Part shown: one piece after another, positions 1 to 11,761 of the stretch
Position numbering within the stretch: the first letter of the stretch is position 1
Layout of the letters: the number at the start of each line of letters is the position of its first letter
NCBI GenBank assembly: GCA_963837785.1
Contig: CAWIOW010000031.1
Coordinates: 38,256 to 102,255, forward strand
Direction of reading: 5' to 3'
DNA: 64,000 nt
Source: an uncultured Deinococcaceae bacterium
GTDB taxonomy: Bacteria > Deinococcota > Deinococci > Deinococcales > Deinococcaceae
Made by a program: the position numbers and the translations under genes
The notes under the pieces: model-generated
Seen by the model: only the letters and a program-made list of their open reading frames with translations
Databases searched by the model: none
What the model was told of the DNA's origin: nothing

Positions 1-1407
1 AGCAGGGTTGGCGGTGGTTACTACGGTGTCGCTATCACCAAACTGCATTGCAGGTGGGTAAATGGTGTTTGTAGTGGTATCTAGAATATTAGTGCCACCA
101 AAATTTGCGGAATCAATACTAGTTTCTATAGAAATTGCGTCAATGGGGGCCGTATCATTGGCATCAGGATAGGTAATAACTGTTTTGTAGAGTACAGTGG
201 TGTCTGCTGCTACAGGAAGATCAACATTACCATCATTATCGGTATCAGTTAATGGATTACCAGCCATGTCTGTATAAGTTACTGTAACACCTGTTGGTAA
301 AGTACTTGAAATGAGATTATAAACATCATCGGCAGGGCTAGTATTGCTAATACTGTTGGTAAAAGTAACTGTATCTGCGGTGGTGTCTGTATCCCCTTTA
401 GGATATGCAACTTGCTCATCATCAAGCACTTTTATATCTACTGGAATCGTATCCGTAGATGGATAACCAGTAACCGGAGTTGTGGTGGTCGGAGGGGTGA
501 TGGTGGTGCTTGGATCATCTTGGGTTGGAATGGTGGTGGTATCGTTATCTGTACCAGCTGTACTATCAATTGGATCGGCTGTTGCACTTGATACTAGCGT
601 CTTAATCTCAACAAACTGCAAGTCTTGATTAGAGGCAAGGGCAAGATCATTGGTCTGATTATCTTCTTGACCCAATACACCAGTAGCATACCCGTTTCCG
701 GTAACATTACCTGTAGAAGTATCAAGATTGGTTCCTGTACCTAAAACAGTACCTACAGGAGTAGCAGGATACGTTGCTGAAACGGGCCCGCCCGCAGGTA
801 AGGTAAGCGTTGGAGGGAGTGTAACAACTTGGAAGAAATTGATGATTCCTTCGTCTGTTCCAGTTGCTACATCATCCCGATTTAAACTAATTTGGGTTAT
901 TGCTGTAGCATTGGTGATTTCTGCCGCGCTCAGTGTGCCATCATTGTTCGTATCCGCAGTGGCAAGGTAATATTTAACAGTGTGTATGGTTGTTGGGTCA
1001 ACGCCTGTAAGGTCAAAGCCTGACCAAAAATCTACTTTAACAAGTAGGTCTACATTACCAAGGTTAACAGCGCTATAGGGTGTGACAATAACAGCACCAG
1101 GCAGTACATTGGGGTATTTTTTAGTCGTGTTGTTAGGAGAGTTCTGAGTACCCGCGTCCGAAGTAAGACCATCATTAAACACAATGTCAAAGTTAGGTTT
1201 TGGTAACACGGTAGTTTGAACTTGGTTAGAGGTTACAGTTTCATTAGTGGTTGTTCCTGAAGGATTAGAAATATCGTAGTCGGCTTTTGCTGTATTGACA
1301 ATGATGGTTCCGGCAGGAGTTGTTGCAAAAGAAGTAGCAGGGCCAGCATAAGCTGCTCCAGCTGAAAGAGCTGCCATTAAAATTAAGGTTTTGTGATTAA
1401 GTTTCAT
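1..1407 (-). CDS. Secreted Thr/Asp-rich surface protein of the Deinococcus DUF11/S-layer-associated type; 3' end runs off the window
   Basis: Not in the ORF track. Manual translation from ATG 1407 (GGAGG RBS upstream) gives MKLNHKTLILMAALSAGAAYAGPATSFATTPAGTIIVNTAKADY..., a signal peptide followed by a TPAGT-I-N-A motif. It has Dx[DN]xDG loops (DTNNDGTLS, DTDNDGNVD) and stays open to position 1. Confidence 0.8.
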   Translation of the reverse strand, partial: MKLNHKTLILMAALSAGAAYAGPATSFATTPAGTIIVNTAKADYDISNPSGTTTNETVTSNQVQTTVLPKPNFDIVFNDGLTSDAGTQNSPNNTTKKYPNVLPGAVIVTPYSAVNLGNVDLLVKVDFWSGFDLTGVDPTTIHTVKYYLATADTNNDGTLSAAEITNATAITQISLNRDDVATGTDEGIINFFQVVTLPPTLTLPAGGPVSATYPATPVGTVLGTGTNLDTSTGNVTGNGYATGVLGQEDNQTNDLALASNQDLQFVEIKTLVSSATADPIDSTAGTDNDTTTIPTQDDPSTTITPPTTTTPVTGYPSTDTIPVDIKVLDDEQVAYPKGDTDTTADTVTFTNSISNTSPADDVYNLISSTLPTGVTVTYTDMAGNPLTDTDNDGNVDLPVAADTTVLYKTVITYPDANDTAPIDAISIETSIDSANFGGTNILDTTTNTIYPPAMQFGDSDTVVTTANPA

Positions 1408-1551
1408 TATATTGTGGTTCCTCCGAAAGAAACTAAACTATTAACTAAACTTTTGTTTAGCCCTGACTGATAAGTTATATTGGAGGTCTTCTATCAAAAA
1501 ACTCACAGAGAAATCCCATAAATCTTTGACTATTGTTACGGGAAGACTCAA

Positions 1552-1670
1552 GCCGAGCGATCTATGCAGATGGATGCTTGAGTGGATGAACTGAAAAAAT
1601 ATACCCCCCAAAGAGTGAAGAATTTGGCCTAAGAACCTTTATCTATCGCTTCGATGTGCCCTTTGACCAA
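1552..1670 (+). pseudogene. Decayed fragment of a COG0523 (CobW/ZigA-like) metallochaperone GTPase
   Basis: Reads AERSMQMDA*VDELKKYTP/(frameshift)/SEEFGLRTFIYRFDVPFDQ, resembling the W-x-x-EL-x-x-HTPE(T/S)EEYG-x-x-FVYR-x-x-x-PF segment of COG0523. It lies just upstream of a metal ABC transporter. Confidence 0.55.
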
Positions 1671-1687
1671 GTTACCCCGAACTGTTT

Positions 1688-1717
1688 CAGCCAATTACAG
1701 CCAATTACAGCCAATTA
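1688..1717. repeat. Tandem repeat CAGCCAATTA x3 (10 bp), intergenic
   Basis: Read directly from the sequence. Confidence 0.95.
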
Positions 1718-1780
1718 AGCTAAACCAACTTGAAAGCCCACATTCAACACCCCTCAAAGCAAACTTTAGGAGCAACAAAA

Positions 1781-2077
1781 ATGAGCCATAAATGTTATTT
1801 ACTTGGTTTACTTGGTAAAAAGAATTTAGTCGTCTACAGCGTCACCCACAAAGGTAAAGCCCGCGCCGCAGGTAAAGTAGGCTGTAAAGTTACTGAGTTA
1901 AGCAGGCAAGTTCAAAAGACCTACTTGCAAAACAATTTGCAAAAAAAGACCATTCTCGAGCAAGGTACAACTAACACTATTTGGCTTAGTGTCCATGCCA
2001 TCTGTAGCTTAACCGCCGTCTGTAGCTTAACTAGTAGTTTAATTAAGGGTGCGTTTAAGGGTATGGAGATCGTATGA
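1781..2077 (+). CDS. Possible small hypothetical protein (98 aa)
   Basis: AGGAG RBS precedes ATG 1781 and the stop overlaps the next gene's start (ATGA). No recognisable domain. Confidence 0.3.
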   Translation: MSHKCYLLGLLGKKNLVVYSVTHKGKARAAGKVGCKVTELSRQVQKTYLQNNLQKKTILEQGTTNTIWLSVHAICSLTAVCSLTSSLIKGAFKGMEIV

Positions 2078-3045
2078 GACTCCATTTAAGCCTTTATTTA
2101 AGCCTATTGGCCCTAGCTGGATTTACAGCAATGGCAGCGGCCCAATCTGCCCAGCCGCCTAGTATTCCAACACTTAGTATTCCAACACTTAGTATTCCAG
2201 CGCTTAGTATTCCAGCGCTTAGTATTCCAATAAATGTGAGTGCCACCACCAGTATTATTGGAGACTTTGTAAAAGTTGTTGGGGGCAACCGTGTAAACGT
2301 AAATTTAATTGTCCCAGTGGGAAGTGACACTCATACTTTTCAGCCCACAACCGCTGTTATTCGTGGCCTTAGCAAAAGCCAAATTCTCTTTGCCAACGGC
2401 GCAAACCTAGAGCCTTGGCTGCCCAAATTAACAACCTCTGCCCCAAAAGTGCCCGTTAAAATACTCACTGAGGGCCTAAAATTACATCCTTTTACCGAAG
2501 AAGACTCCACAGCTGCCACCGACCCCCATGCTTGGTGGGATATGAAGCTAGCCGCTGGCTATGTTAAAAATGCACAAGAGGCACTGAGTAAAATTGATCC
2601 AGCGGGCAAGGCTATTTATGCCAAAAATGCGGCGTTCTATACCAAACAACTTATGGCCCTAGACCAGTACGCCCAAAAACAGTTTGCTACCCTGCCAAGC
2701 GCCAATAAAAACATTGTAACCAATCACGACGCCCTCAATTATTTTGCACTTCGCTATCATCTTAAAGTGGTTGGCGCAGTAATTTCTGGCCTAAGCACCG
2801 AGCGCGAGCCTACCGCTAAAGAATTAGCCAATTTGGTGAAAGTGGTTAAAAAAAGCGGCACCAAAGTCATTTTTACTGAAAATACTGTAAATGCACGGCT
2901 GGCCCAAACCCTTGCCAGCGAAACTAGAGCCAAAATAGCACCCCCGCTATACACCGATGCACTAGGCCCAAAAGGAAGCGCTGGCGAGACTTTTCTAAAG
3001 GCATTTAGGTACAACATAGATACGATGGTGCGGGCCTTAAAGTAA
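2074..3045 (+). CDS. Zn/Mn ABC transporter substrate-binding protein (ZnuA/TroA family)
   Basis: Signal peptide; motifs [20 protein letters not shown] and YTDALG. Confidence 0.93.
   Translation: MRLHLSLYLSLLALAGFTAMAAAQSAQPPSIPTLSIPTLSIPALSIPALSIPINVSATTSIIGDFVKVVGGNRVNVNLIVPVGSDTHTFQPTTAVIRGLSKSQILFANGANLEPWLPKLTTSAPKVPVKILTEGLKLHPFTEEDSTAATDPHAWWDMKLAAGYVKNAQEALSKIDPAGKAIYAKNAAFYTKQLMALDQYAQKQFATLPSANKNIVTNHDALNYFALRYHLKVVGAVISGLSTEREPTAKELANLVKVVKKSGTKVIFTENTVNARLAQTLASETRAKIAPPLYTDALGPKGSAGETFLKAFRYNIDTMVRALK
2161..2230. repeat. In-frame 15-bp repeat AGTATTCCA(ACA/GCG)CTT x4.7 encoding [10 protein letters not shown]
   Basis: Two ACA copies followed by two GCG copies, just after the signal peptide. 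Confidence 0.95.
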
Positions 3046-3056
3046 GGCTTGTCTTG

Positions 3057-3104
3057 AGTGGTCTGGAAGATTAGTGGTCTGGAAGATTAGTGGTCTGGAA
3101 GATT
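3057..3104. repeat. Tandem repeat AGTGGTCTGGAAGATT x3 (16 bp), intergenic
   Basis: Read directly; followed by AGCCAAATTATT x2. Confidence 0.95.
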
Positions 3105-3207
3105 TTATTGGGCTTATTGCTAAGCCAAATTATTAGCCAAATTATTAAATGATGACCTGTTCTGCTGCCATTCTCACACCATAAGAGCAAAAGAGTATGA
3201 TGATCTG

Positions 3208-3930
3208 ATGCTTGGGGTAAGACAACTTACAGTGCACTATGGTTCACAAGTGGCCTTGCAAGACGTTAGCCTGCGTTTTGAAGCGGGCCAATTTACCGCC
3301 ATTATTGGCCCAAATGGTGCAGGCAAAAGCACTTTACTTAAAACGATGGTGGGTATTCTTCCCGACCCCCAAGGCGCAGTACAGTTTGACGTCGGACACA
3401 CCGCCCAAGATTGCGTTTCTTATGTACCACAGCAGCAAACATTAGATTGGGGCTTTCCGGTTACGGTCTGGGATGTTGCTATGATGGGGCGTACTGGGCG
3501 ACTAGGTTGGTTTAAATGGCCCGCCCACAAAGACAGGCAATTGGTGGTGCATGCCCTTAAAGAAACTGGCGTTTTTGACTTGCGTAGTCGCCATATTGGG
3601 GCACTTTCGGGTGGGCAGCGCCAACGGGTTTTGCTGGCGCGGATGCTGGTGCGGCATGGGCATCTTTTGTTACTAGATGAACCACTAACCGGAGTAGACA
3701 GCAGCACCCAAGAGCAGTTAATGGCCTTGCTGCGTGCAGAGGCTGGTAAAGGCCGCGCTGTGGTAATGATTACCCATGACCTAGAACAAGCCCGTCGTTG
3801 GTGTGACCGAATTGTGTTATTAAACAAGAAAGTGATTGCCGATGGCACCCCAGAAGAGGTTTATACACCGCAAAATATAGAAGCCACTTTTAGCAGCAGC
3901 TCCCTTGGACATAGCCATGCAAAAGCCTAA
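3208..3930 (+). CDS. Metal ABC transporter ATP-binding protein
   Basis: Walker [10 protein letters not shown], signature LSGGQ, Walker B LLLLDEP. Confidence 0.95.
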   Translation: MLGVRQLTVHYGSQVALQDVSLRFEAGQFTAIIGPNGAGKSTLLKTMVGILPDPQGAVQFDVGHTAQDCVSYVPQQQTLDWGFPVTVWDVAMMGRTGRLGWFKWPAHKDRQLVVHALKETGVFDLRSRHIGALSGGQRQRVLLARMLVRHGHLLLLDEPLTGVDSSTQEQLMALLRAEAGKGRAVVMITHDLEQARRWCDRIVLLNKKVIADGTPEEVYTPQNIEATFSSSSLGHSHAKA

Positions 3931-4016
3931 GCCTAAGCCAGTGCCAGCTTTTTTAATTGCCACCCTTGATTGTTTCCTTTACATTATTTCACATTTCACT
4001 CAGTATTTCACTCATT

Positions 4017-4829
4017 ATGAACTGGCTAACTGACCCCCTACAATTTCAGTTTTTTCAACGCGCCTTGATCGCGGTGATATTGGTTAGCATTTTATGTGCC
4101 CTAGTGGGAGTTTGGGTGGTTTTACGTGGCCTAAGCTACATTGCCGACGCTATGAGCCATGCCGTTTTTCCGGGGATTGTGGCAGCCTTTTTAACCAAAG
4201 GCAATTTAATGATTGGGGCATTAATCGCCGCTGTACTCACTGCCCTTAGCATTGGTGCAGTGGGCAGGCGTAGCGGCCTAAAACAAGACAGCGCCATAGG
4301 CATTGTTTTTGTGGGCATGTTTGCGTTGGGTATCGTGATGTTATCGCTGGCCCCCACATTTACCACCGACCTAAGCAATTTTTTAATTGGCAATCCACTT
4401 GGAGTAAGTGTTCAGGATTTATGGAGCGCTGTAGTCGTCACCCTAGTAGTCGGGGCGGTGTTGTTGGCCTTGCAAAAAGAGTTATTGCTCACCTCATTTG
4501 ACCCCACCGAAGCAAGGGCCGTGGGCCTACCCGTAAAACGCTTAGAGAGTTTATTGCTTATTTTAATCGGTTTAGTAGTGGTTTTAACCGTTCAGATGGT
4601 GGGCACAACCCTAAGCGTTAGCTTACTGATTACCTCTAGTGCCACTGCTAGACTTATTTCGCATAGCCTGACAAGAATGATCTTAATGGCGGCAATGCTG
4701 GGTAGCTTTGGCGGCATTGTGGGCTTGTACCTCAGTTATTATTTAAATACCGCGCCTGGGGCGACTATTGTTTTGGTTAATACAGCAGTCTTTTTACTAG
4801 CTTTAGCCTTTGGGCGTAAAGAAAAATAA
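4017..4829 (+). CDS. Metal ABC transporter permease (ABC-3 family)
   Basis: [10 protein letters not shown] motif and multiple TM segments; start moved to MNWLTDP (ATG 4017). Confidence 0.93.
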   Translation: MNWLTDPLQFQFFQRALIAVILVSILCALVGVWVVLRGLSYIADAMSHAVFPGIVAAFLTKGNLMIGALIAAVLTALSIGAVGRRSGLKQDSAIGIVFVGMFALGIVMLSLAPTFTTDLSNFLIGNPLGVSVQDLWSAVVVTLVVGAVLLALQKELLLTSFDPTEARAVGLPVKRLESLLLILIGLVVVLTVQMVGTTLSVSLLITSSATARLISHSLTRMILMAAMLGSFGGIVGLYLSYYLNTAPGATIVLVNTAVFLLALAFGRKEK

Positions 4830-5071
4830 GCATAGGTGGCACAGGCATAGTGGCTGGAAATAGCAAGGGTTTAGGATGTACATTAGTAACGAAGTATTAA
4901 TATGTATTTCTGTAAGGGCAAGTAAAATTAAGCAAGTAAAAGTGAAACTACGCTCTAGCAAGTAATTAAAAATGCTTATCTACGAGCACTATTATTTACT
5001 TATTTACTTATTTACTTTCACTATATTACTTTCACTATTTACATTTAGGTTTCGGCCTTTAGGGGGTTGGT

Positions 5072-6109
5072 ATGGCACGGTTGGTTACTTTATTTACAGG
5101 GCAATGGGCAGATTTGCCGCTGGCAGAGTTAGCGCCGCTAGCAAAACAAATGGGGTACGATGGCTTAGAATTAGCGTGTTGGGGCGATCATTTTAATGTG
5201 CAGGATGCTTTAAACAAGCCTGAATACCTGCTCCAAAAACGGGCGCTATTGCAACACCATGGGCTTGAGTGTGTGGCTATTAGTAACCATTTGGTGGGCC
5301 AAGCTGTATGCGACCTGATAGACCCAAGGCACCAAAGCATTTTGCCCGCGCATGTGTGGGGCGATGGTGAACCTGAAGGTGTACGCAGGCGGGCCGCTAA
5401 GGAATTAGCCGACACAGCACGGGCCGCCGCTAAATTTGGGGTGAAGGTAGTTAATGGCTTTAGTGGTTCTAGCGTCTGGCATAGCCTTTATGCCTTTCCG
5501 CCCACCGATCAGGCGTATTGGTCGGCTGGCTTTAAGGATTTTGCCACGCGCTTTAATCCTATTTTGGAGGTGTTTGATGAGGTGGGCGTTAATTTTGCCC
5601 TAGAAGTTCATCCCACAGAAATAGCCTTTGACATTGCTACCGCCGAGCGAGCACTAGACGCTGTGGCCTATCACCCGCGTTTTGGCTTTAATTACGATCC
5701 CAGTCACTTAGCCTATCAACACGTCAATTACATAGAATTTTTGCGACGTTTTTCGGCGCGGATTATGCACACTCACATGAAAGACGTGTGGTGGGGGCAT
5801 GGCAACGGCGACATAGGCGTATTTGGCGGTCATAGCAGCTTTGGCGACCCCCGCCGCTACTGGGATTTTAGGTCGGTTGGGCGTGGCAACCTAAAATTTG
5901 AGGACATTATTGTGGCCTTAGATGACACTGGCTACACTGGCCCGCTTAGCGTGGAATGGGAAGACAGCCGCATGGAACGCGTGTACGGCGCAACCGAAAG
6001 CGCTGCTTATTTACGCAAATTAGATTTTCCGTCTTCTCATGTGGCCTTTGACGCTGCATTTACTGGAAAAGATACAGCTAGAAAAGATACAGCTAGGAAA
6101 GACCCATGA
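5072..6109 (+). CDS. Sugar phosphate isomerase/epimerase (xylose isomerase-like TIM barrel)
   Basis: Motifs [25 protein letters not shown] and SVEWED. Confidence 0.9.
   Translation: MARLVTLFTGQWADLPLAELAPLAKQMGYDGLELACWGDHFNVQDALNKPEYLLQKRALLQHHGLECVAISNHLVGQAVCDLIDPRHQSILPAHVWGDGEPEGVRRRAAKELADTARAAAKFGVKVVNGFSGSSVWHSLYAFPPTDQAYWSAGFKDFATRFNPILEVFDEVGVNFALEVHPTEIAFDIATAERALDAVAYHPRFGFNYDPSHLAYQHVNYIEFLRRFSARIMHTHMKDVWWGHGNGDIGVFGGHSSFGDPRRYWDFRSVGRGNLKFEDIIVALDDTGYTGPLSVEWEDSRMERVYGATESAAYLRKLDFPSSHVAFDAAFTGKDTARKDTARKDP
6068..6103. repeat. In-frame 15-bp repeat (KDTAR x2.4) at the C-terminus
   Basis: AAAGATACAGCTAG(A/G) repeated. Confidence 0.85.
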
Positions 6110-7230
6110 GAAAACTACGCTGGGCAATGGTGGGCGGTGGCAATGACGCTTTTATCGGTGCAGTACATAGAATGGCAGCCAATTTGGATGGTTATTATGA
6201 GTTGGTGGCGGGGGCGCTATCTAGCACGCCAGAAAAGTCTTATGCTTCGGGCTTAGCGCTTGGGCTAGCTCCTATGCGAAGTTACGGCACTTGGCAAGAC
6301 ATGTTGGCCCAAGAGCGCAAGCGGCCCGACCCCGTAGAAGTGATTACTATTGTTACGCCCAATCACTTGCATTACCCAGTGGCACTGGCAAGCGTGCAGG
6401 CTGGGTTTCATGTGATTTGCGATAAGCCGCTGGTGCATACGCCACAGCAAGCACATGAACTAGAGGCGGCGGTAAAGGCGGCTGGCACGGTGTTTGCGGT
6501 CACCTACAACTATAGCGGCTACCCCATGATTAGGCAGGCGCGGCACATGGCACAAACTGGACAGCTAGGGCAACTCCGCCGCGTAACCGTGGAATACCAC
6601 CAAGGTTGGCTGGCCCGCACAGAAACAGGCAAACAAGCTGCTTGGCGCAGCGACCCCGTCCAAAACGGCCCCGCTGGTTCGCTGGGTGATATTGGCACTC
6701 ACGCCGAGCAGCTTTTAAGCTACGTGACTGGTTTAAAACTAGAAGCCCTAAGCGCCGATACCACTGCTTTTGTAGAAGGCCGCCCCGTAGATGATGATGC
6801 TAGCATTTTGCTGCGCTTTAAGGGTGGAGCAAAGGGAGTTTTAACCTGCTCGCAAATAGAAATTGGGCGGGAAAACGACCTGCGAATCGCCGTGCATGGC
6901 AGCCTTGGCAGCATCAGTTGGCAGCAAGAAAATCCCAACCACCTTGTCTATGACCAACTAGACCAGCCGAGGCAATTGTTAACGCGTGGCAGCACTTGGC
7001 TCTGCGCTGAGGCCAAAGCCGCCACCCGCCTGCCTGCAGGCCACCCCGAAGCCTTTATTGAAGCATTCGCCAACATCTACAAAAACGCCGCCGAACATAT
7101 CCACGCTTTAGCGCTAGGCGAAAATCACACGCCCCAGTACCCAACCGTAAAAGATGGCGTGCAGGGCGTAGAATTTACAGATGCAGTCCTCAAAAATGCC
7201 AGCAGCCAAGACAAGTGGACAAAACTGTAA
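6106..7230 (+). CDS. Gfo/Idh/MocA family oxidoreductase
   Basis: Motifs MVGGG..AFIG, TPNHLH, CDKP and GDIGTH. Confidence 0.92.
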   Translation: MRKLRWAMVGGGNDAFIGAVHRMAANLDGYYELVAGALSSTPEKSYASGLALGLAPMRSYGTWQDMLAQERKRPDPVEVITIVTPNHLHYPVALASVQAGFHVICDKPLVHTPQQAHELEAAVKAAGTVFAVTYNYSGYPMIRQARHMAQTGQLGQLRRVTVEYHQGWLARTETGKQAAWRSDPVQNGPAGSLGDIGTHAEQLLSYVTGLKLEALSADTTAFVEGRPVDDDASILLRFKGGAKGVLTCSQIEIGRENDLRIAVHGSLGSISWQQENPNHLVYDQLDQPRQLLTRGSTWLCAEAKAATRLPAGHPEAFIEAFANIYKNAAEHIHALALGENHTPQYPTVKDGVQGVEFTDAVLKNASSQDKWTKL

Positions 7231-7296
7231 CCTCAGCCCCAAATTCTTCTAATCTTTATCCATCAACCCTTCACCCTTCACTCAAAGGAGCCTTAA

Positions 7297-8046
7297 ATGC
7301 CTACCCAACCCCGCATTACCGTTTGGCACGAATACCGCCACGAGCACGAAAACCCTAAAGTCGCCGCTGTGTACCCCAATGGCATGCACACCGTTTTAGC
7401 CGAAGGGCTTAGGCAGCACGGCTTTGAGCATGTTCGCACTGCCACACTAGACGAGCCAGAACACGGCCTAAGCGACGAAGTGCTAGCTAATACCGATGTT
7501 TTGCTGTGGTGGGGCCACAAAGCGCACGGTGATGTACAAGACAAAGTAGCCGATAAGGTAGTTAAACGCGTCTGGGACGGTATGGGCTTAATCGTGCTGC
7601 ATTCTGGGCACTTTAGCAAGCCTTTTACTCGCTTAATGGGTACGGGCTGCGACCTAAAATGGCGTGAGGCCAACGATAAAGAGCGCCTCTGGGTCGTTAA
7701 TCCCGCGCATCCTATCGCTGCGGGCGTGGGCGAATACATAGAGATAGAGCAAGAAGAAATGTATGGCGAACATTTTGATATTCCTACACCAGACGAGCTT
7801 ATTTTTGTCAGTTGGTTTTCTGGTGGTGAGGTATTTCGTAGTGGCTGTACTTTTACGCGGGGCAGCGGCAAAATCTTTTATTTTAGGCCCGGACATGAAA
7901 CCTACCCGACCTATTATCACAAGGGCGTGCGCCAAGTGATCGCCAACGCAGTACGATGGGCCGTGCCAACCGCCAGTGCGCCGCGCAAATTTGGCAATCA
8001 TCAGCCGCTAGAAGTCTTGCTTGCTGCTACGTCGGAGAGCAAATGA
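7297..8046 (+). CDS. thuA: ThuA-domain protein (trehalose utilisation)
   Basis: Motifs [19 protein letters not shown] and [10 protein letters not shown]. Confidence 0.88.
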   Translation: MPTQPRITVWHEYRHEHENPKVAAVYPNGMHTVLAEGLRQHGFEHVRTATLDEPEHGLSDEVLANTDVLLWWGHKAHGDVQDKVADKVVKRVWDGMGLIVLHSGHFSKPFTRLMGTGCDLKWREANDKERLWVVNPAHPIAAGVGEYIEIEQEEMYGEHFDIPTPDELIFVSWFSGGEVFRSGCTFTRGSGKIFYFRPGHETYPTYYHKGVRQVIANAVRWAVPTASAPRKFGNHQPLEVLLAATSESK

Positions 8047-9116
8047 TCACACCCGCCAAGAAAGTATCTATTGAAGTAGCTAATAAAGTCAAAAATGCTG
8101 CCATTATCGGCGCAGGCGGTATTTCGCAGCGGCATTTTGAGGGCTATGCACAGGCGGGCGTTAAAGTAGTTGCTATTGCAGACGCCAGCGCCAGCGTTCG
8201 CGAGCTAAGAGAAAAAGAATGGGGCGTGCGAACTTACAGCAGCCTTGAAGAATTGCTGGCCCATGAATTTGCCCACCAAGAAGGCATTCAGGCCATTAGC
8301 ATTTGTACGCCTAATGCTTTTCATGCCCCAGCTGCTATTACAGCGCTTAATTTGGGTCTTCATGTTCTCTGCGAAAAACCGCTGTCTATGGATATAGCCG
8401 CCTGCAACGCCATGATTGAGGCTGCCAAAGTCAGTGGTGCGGTGCTTCAAACTGGTCATCATCTGCGGTCTAGTCCGCTGGCCTTAACTGCCAAACGCCT
8501 GATAGACGAGGGCAAAATTGGGCGGGTCACGTTTATGCGCTTGCGTCAGGCCCACGATTGGGGCGGCGCGGCAAAGGTTCCGGGGCTATTTGGAAGCCTA
8601 GCTGCCAGTGGCGGGGGTACTTTGCTAGATAACGGCTGTCATATGATGGATTTGGCCCGCTACTTTGGCGGCAATGTTCGCAGCCTTTATGCCCGCATGA
8701 ATACCCTTAAATTTGAGATAGAAGTGGAAGATACCAGCCTTGTCAATCTAGAGTTTGAAAGCGGCGCACTGGCAAGCGTGGAAAATGCGTGGACAGCGAC
8801 TGGCTGGGAAGAAAGCTTTTTTATATATGGCACTTTGGGCGCACTGGAATGCAGCAACCGCATTGGCGAAGGCCAGCCGCGCCTGCGTTTTGCCAACCGC
8901 GAATTTGGATTTGGCGACTGGGCCAAGCTGGATGAGACTTGGTACGACTTTGCCAACAGCAGCAATGCACATGTTCGTAGCGTGCAAAAATTTATCAACT
9001 CCATAGAAAAAGATGTGCCCATAATTTGCACAGGCGAAGATGGCAGAGAAAGCGTGCGCCTTGTACTAAGCAGCTATGAAAGTGCTAAAAGTGGGCTGCC
9101 CGTTCAGTTATCTTAG
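8043..9116 (+). CDS. Gfo/Idh/MocA family oxidoreductase
   Basis: Motifs IIGAGGI, CTPN, CEKP and [10 protein letters not shown]; start at MITPAKK overlapping the thuA stop. Confidence 0.9.
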   Translation: MITPAKKVSIEVANKVKNAAIIGAGGISQRHFEGYAQAGVKVVAIADASASVRELREKEWGVRTYSSLEELLAHEFAHQEGIQAISICTPNAFHAPAAITALNLGLHVLCEKPLSMDIAACNAMIEAAKVSGAVLQTGHHLRSSPLALTAKRLIDEGKIGRVTFMRLRQAHDWGGAAKVPGLFGSLAASGGGTLLDNGCHMMDLARYFGGNVRSLYARMNTLKFEIEVEDTSLVNLEFESGALASVENAWTATGWEESFFIYGTLGALECSNRIGEGQPRLRFANREFGFGDWAKLDETWYDFANSSNAHVRSVQKFINSIEKDVPIICTGEDGRESVRLVLSSYESAKSGLPVQLS

Positions 9117-9179
9117 TTTATCTTGGTCTTTTTAGTTTTTTAGTTTTCTAAGCCACATACTGAGTCTGGCTTACCAAAC

Positions 9180-9234
9180 ATAGAGATCAAATAGAGATCA
9201 AATAGAGATTAAATAGAGATTAAATAGAGATTAA
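9180..9234. repeat. Tandem repeat ATAGAGATYAA x5 (11 bp), intergenic
   Basis: Two C copies followed by three T copies. Confidence 0.95.
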
Positions 9235-9271
9235 GATTATAAATTCCGTATCAGCCGCCTGCCTTTAGCTT

Positions 9272-9309
9272 AAAAAGCCGCCCAATCTAGGTTAAAGGGC
9301 GACTTTTTT
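9272..9309. terminator. Bidirectional intrinsic terminator
   Basis: AAAAAGCCGCCC...GGGCGACTTTTT between convergent genes. Confidence 0.7.
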
Positions 9310-9332
9310 ATTTTTAATTGTATGTTCGGGCT

Positions 9333-10277
9333 TTAGCTCTCGGTAAAAGCGCCTAATTTACGAAATCTTGCGGCACGGTTTTTGACTAAGTCGTCGGCAT
9401 TAAGAGCCATTAACTCTTGTAAATGCTTGCTTACCACTTCGCCTACTTCTTTGGCGGCGGCATCCATATCTAAGTGTGCACCACCTACGGGTTCGGGAAT
9501 GATTTCTTCTACAATACCTAGTTCTAATAAATCTGGGGCGGTTAGCTTTAAGGCTTCGGCGGCTAGTGGGGCTTTGCTGGCATCTTTCCAGATAATACTG
9601 GCGGCTCCTTCTGGAGAAATAACGCTGTACCAAGCATTTTCTTGAATAAGAACGCGGTTGCCAACGCCAATAGCGAGCGCGCCCCCGCTGCCACCCTCAC
9701 CAATAACCACGCTAATAGCTGGCACCCGCAAATTCAGCATGCGGCGGATGCTTTCGGCAATGGCCCAGCCTTGGCCCCGCTCCTCGGCCTCTAGACCGGG
9801 GTAAGCGCCTTGGGTGTCTACCAGCGCAATAACAGGTAGGTTAAACTTGTCTGCCATATCCATTAAGCGCACAGCCTTGCGGTAGCCTTCTGGGTTGGCA
9901 CTGCCAAAGCGCCGCTTAATTTTGCTTTTGGTATCGCGGCCCTTTTGTTGCAGTAACAACATAACCGGAACGCCCTGCCAGCGTGCAGGCCCACCAATAA
10001 GCGCGGGGTCATCCCCAAAACGGCGGTCTCCATGCAGTTCTAAAAAGTCGGTACACAGCCGCTCTACATAATCCAGCGCGGTAGGACGGCCCTGTGCGCG
10101 GGCCAACTGCACCCGTTCCCAGCGATTAGGCGGGGGTTTTTGGTTTTTTAGCTTCGCCACTTCAGCCTTTAATGATGAAATGGTGGTATCTAGGTTTTGT
10201 CCGGTTTTGGTGGCGGTTATTTCTAGGTCGCGGACATGTGCTTCTAGGACTTTAAGGGTGTCATTGGGTGCGCTCAT
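9333..10277 (-). CDS. accA: Acetyl-CoA carboxylase carboxyltransferase alpha subunit
   Basis: Motifs [23 protein letters not shown] and YSVISPEG. Confidence 0.97.
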   Translation of the reverse strand: MSAPNDTLKVLEAHVRDLEITATKTGQNLDTTISSLKAEVAKLKNQKPPPNRWERVQLARAQGRPTALDYVERLCTDFLELHGDRRFGDDPALIGGPARWQGVPVMLLLQQKGRDTKSKIKRRFGSANPEGYRKAVRLMDMADKFNLPVIALVDTQGAYPGLEAEERGQGWAIAESIRRMLNLRVPAISVVIGEGGSGGALAIGVGNRVLIQENAWYSVISPEGAASIIWKDASKAPLAAEALKLTAPDLLELGIVEEIIPEPVGGAHLDMDAAAKEVGEVVSKHLQELMALNADDLVKNRAARFRKLGAFTES

Positions 10278-11128
10278 GCAGTGGCCTCGCGCCGCATCAG
10301 CAGCCTAAGTAAAGTAGAGACATAGTTTTTTTGTTCGCGGCGATCTATCACGGCGTCTACCATGCCATGCTCTAGCAAAAATTCGGCACGCTGAAAGCCT
10401 TCGGGCAAATTTTGGCGAATGGTTTGCTGAATTACCCTAGGGCCAGCAAAGCCAATAAGCGCTTTTGGTTCAGCCAAGATTACGTCGGCAATGGTGGCAA
10501 AACTAGCCGTTACGCCGCCTGTGGTGGGGTCTGTTAAAATGCTGATATAAGGCAGACCTTTGGCGGTTAAGCCTTCTAGGGCCACCGTTGTTTTTGCCAT
10601 CTGCATCAGCGAAAGCGCACTTTCTTGCATTCTAGCTCCGCCACTGGCAGTAACGATAATCAGCGGTAGGTCGTGTTGGGCGGCATATTCGGCAGCGCGG
10701 GCAATTTCTTCGCCTACCACACTGCCCATGCTGCCCCCACTAAAAGCAAAGTCCATTACCGCCAGCGTAACGGGAACCCCGTTTATAGTTCCGGTTCCCG
10801 TGTAAATAGCGTCTGGGCGGCCTGTTTTTTTCTGGGCACGCTTAAGCCGCTCGGTGTATGGCTCGGTATCTTCAAAGTTAAGATGATCTACCGGATGTAC
10901 ATGTCCCGAAAGTTGTTTAAAAGTATCCTCGTCAATCAGCACTTGCACACGCTGGGTGGCGTTGGTTCTAAGGTGAGAGTCACACTTGGGGCAGACAAAA
11001 GCATTGGCCTCAAGGTCGCGGTTATATATCCCCTGTTTGCAATTGGGGCACTGTGTCCATAAATCGGGTGCGTCCGTCCCTGTTTGTTGCTGTGGACGGC
11101 GGCGGCGGAAAAAACGATCAAGCGCCAT
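10274..11128 (-). CDS. accD: Acetyl-CoA carboxylase carboxyltransferase beta subunit
   Basis: Zn ribbon [18 protein letters not shown] and SGGARMQE; start MALDRFF with GGAGG RBS. Confidence 0.97.
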   Translation of the reverse strand: MALDRFFRRRRPQQQTGTDAPDLWTQCPNCKQGIYNRDLEANAFVCPKCDSHLRTNATQRVQVLIDEDTFKQLSGHVHPVDHLNFEDTEPYTERLKRAQKKTGRPDAIYTGTGTINGVPVTLAVMDFAFSGGSMGSVVGEEIARAAEYAAQHDLPLIIVTASGGARMQESALSLMQMAKTTVALEGLTAKGLPYISILTDPTTGGVTASFATIADVILAEPKALIGFAGPRVIQQTIRQNLPEGFQRAEFLLEHGMVDAVIDRREQKNYVSTLLRLLMRREATA

Positions 11129-11250
11129 GGGTGAATCCTCCCTTAATGGTCTCATTCTAGAGGGGGTAGAGGCTTTGTTCTGAACCCAGTTCAAACCGTT
11201 GTATCAAACCGTTGTAACCTAAACCTAAATCTGCAACACCAAACAACCAT

Positions 11251-11290
11251 TAAATTGGTACTGGTAAATTGGTACTGGTAAATTGGTACT
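11251..11290. repeat. Tandem repeat TAAATTGGTACTGG x2.8 (14 bp), intergenic
   Basis: Read directly from the sequence. Confidence 0.93.
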
Positions 11291-11308
11291 TAATTTAGAC
11301 CGTTAACC

Positions 11309-11761
11309 TTAACCCAGTTTGGCTTTAAGGTAATCGTCCATTTGGGCCAACTGAAGGTTTAGGTCGTTTTGCATGTGGTCGATACGGGCCTGTACAGCGC
11401 TAAGGTCTTCTGAGCTGGGCAAGGCTTTTTTGTCGCTTAAAACGTTTAGACGGTTATCTAAATGTGTTTGCAATTGAGCAAAACGGCTCCCCTCTTGGCT
11501 GTCTAAGCTAACGCGTAGGCTGTCCAGATCACGTAGCAATTTGGCGCTATCGGCCTGCGCCCGTAGGTTGCTAATACCCGCCCAAAAGTAAAACAACAAG
11601 GTTAGCAGCACAGCTAAAATAAGCAAAATAAGACCCATTGGCACTTGGGTATAGGTAACAAAGCCTAAGCTAATAGTATGGGGAAACATTAGAGAGTGGC
11701 GATTAAGCGCAGCAAAGATCGCTAACAGCACTAAAATGCCAAGAAGGACGATAGTTCGCAT
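11309..11761 (-). CDS. LapA-like membrane protein with a coiled-coil C-terminus
   Basis: Two N-terminal TM helices, FAALN motif, TAGGCT-N6-ATG start. Confidence 0.7.
   Translation of the reverse strand: MRTIVLLGILVLLAIFAALNRHSLMFPHTISLGFVTYTQVPMGLILLILAVLLTLLFYFWAGISNLRAQADSAKLLRDLDSLRVSLDSQEGSRFAQLQTHLDNRLNVLSDKKALPSSEDLSAVQARIDHMQNDLNLQLAQMDDYLKAKLG

Noticed and set aside
728-970. ORF-track 80-aa plus-strand ORF, and the many other short antisense ORFs such as 43964-44572 and 57082-58182
   Set aside because: They are shadows of real genes on the opposite strand.
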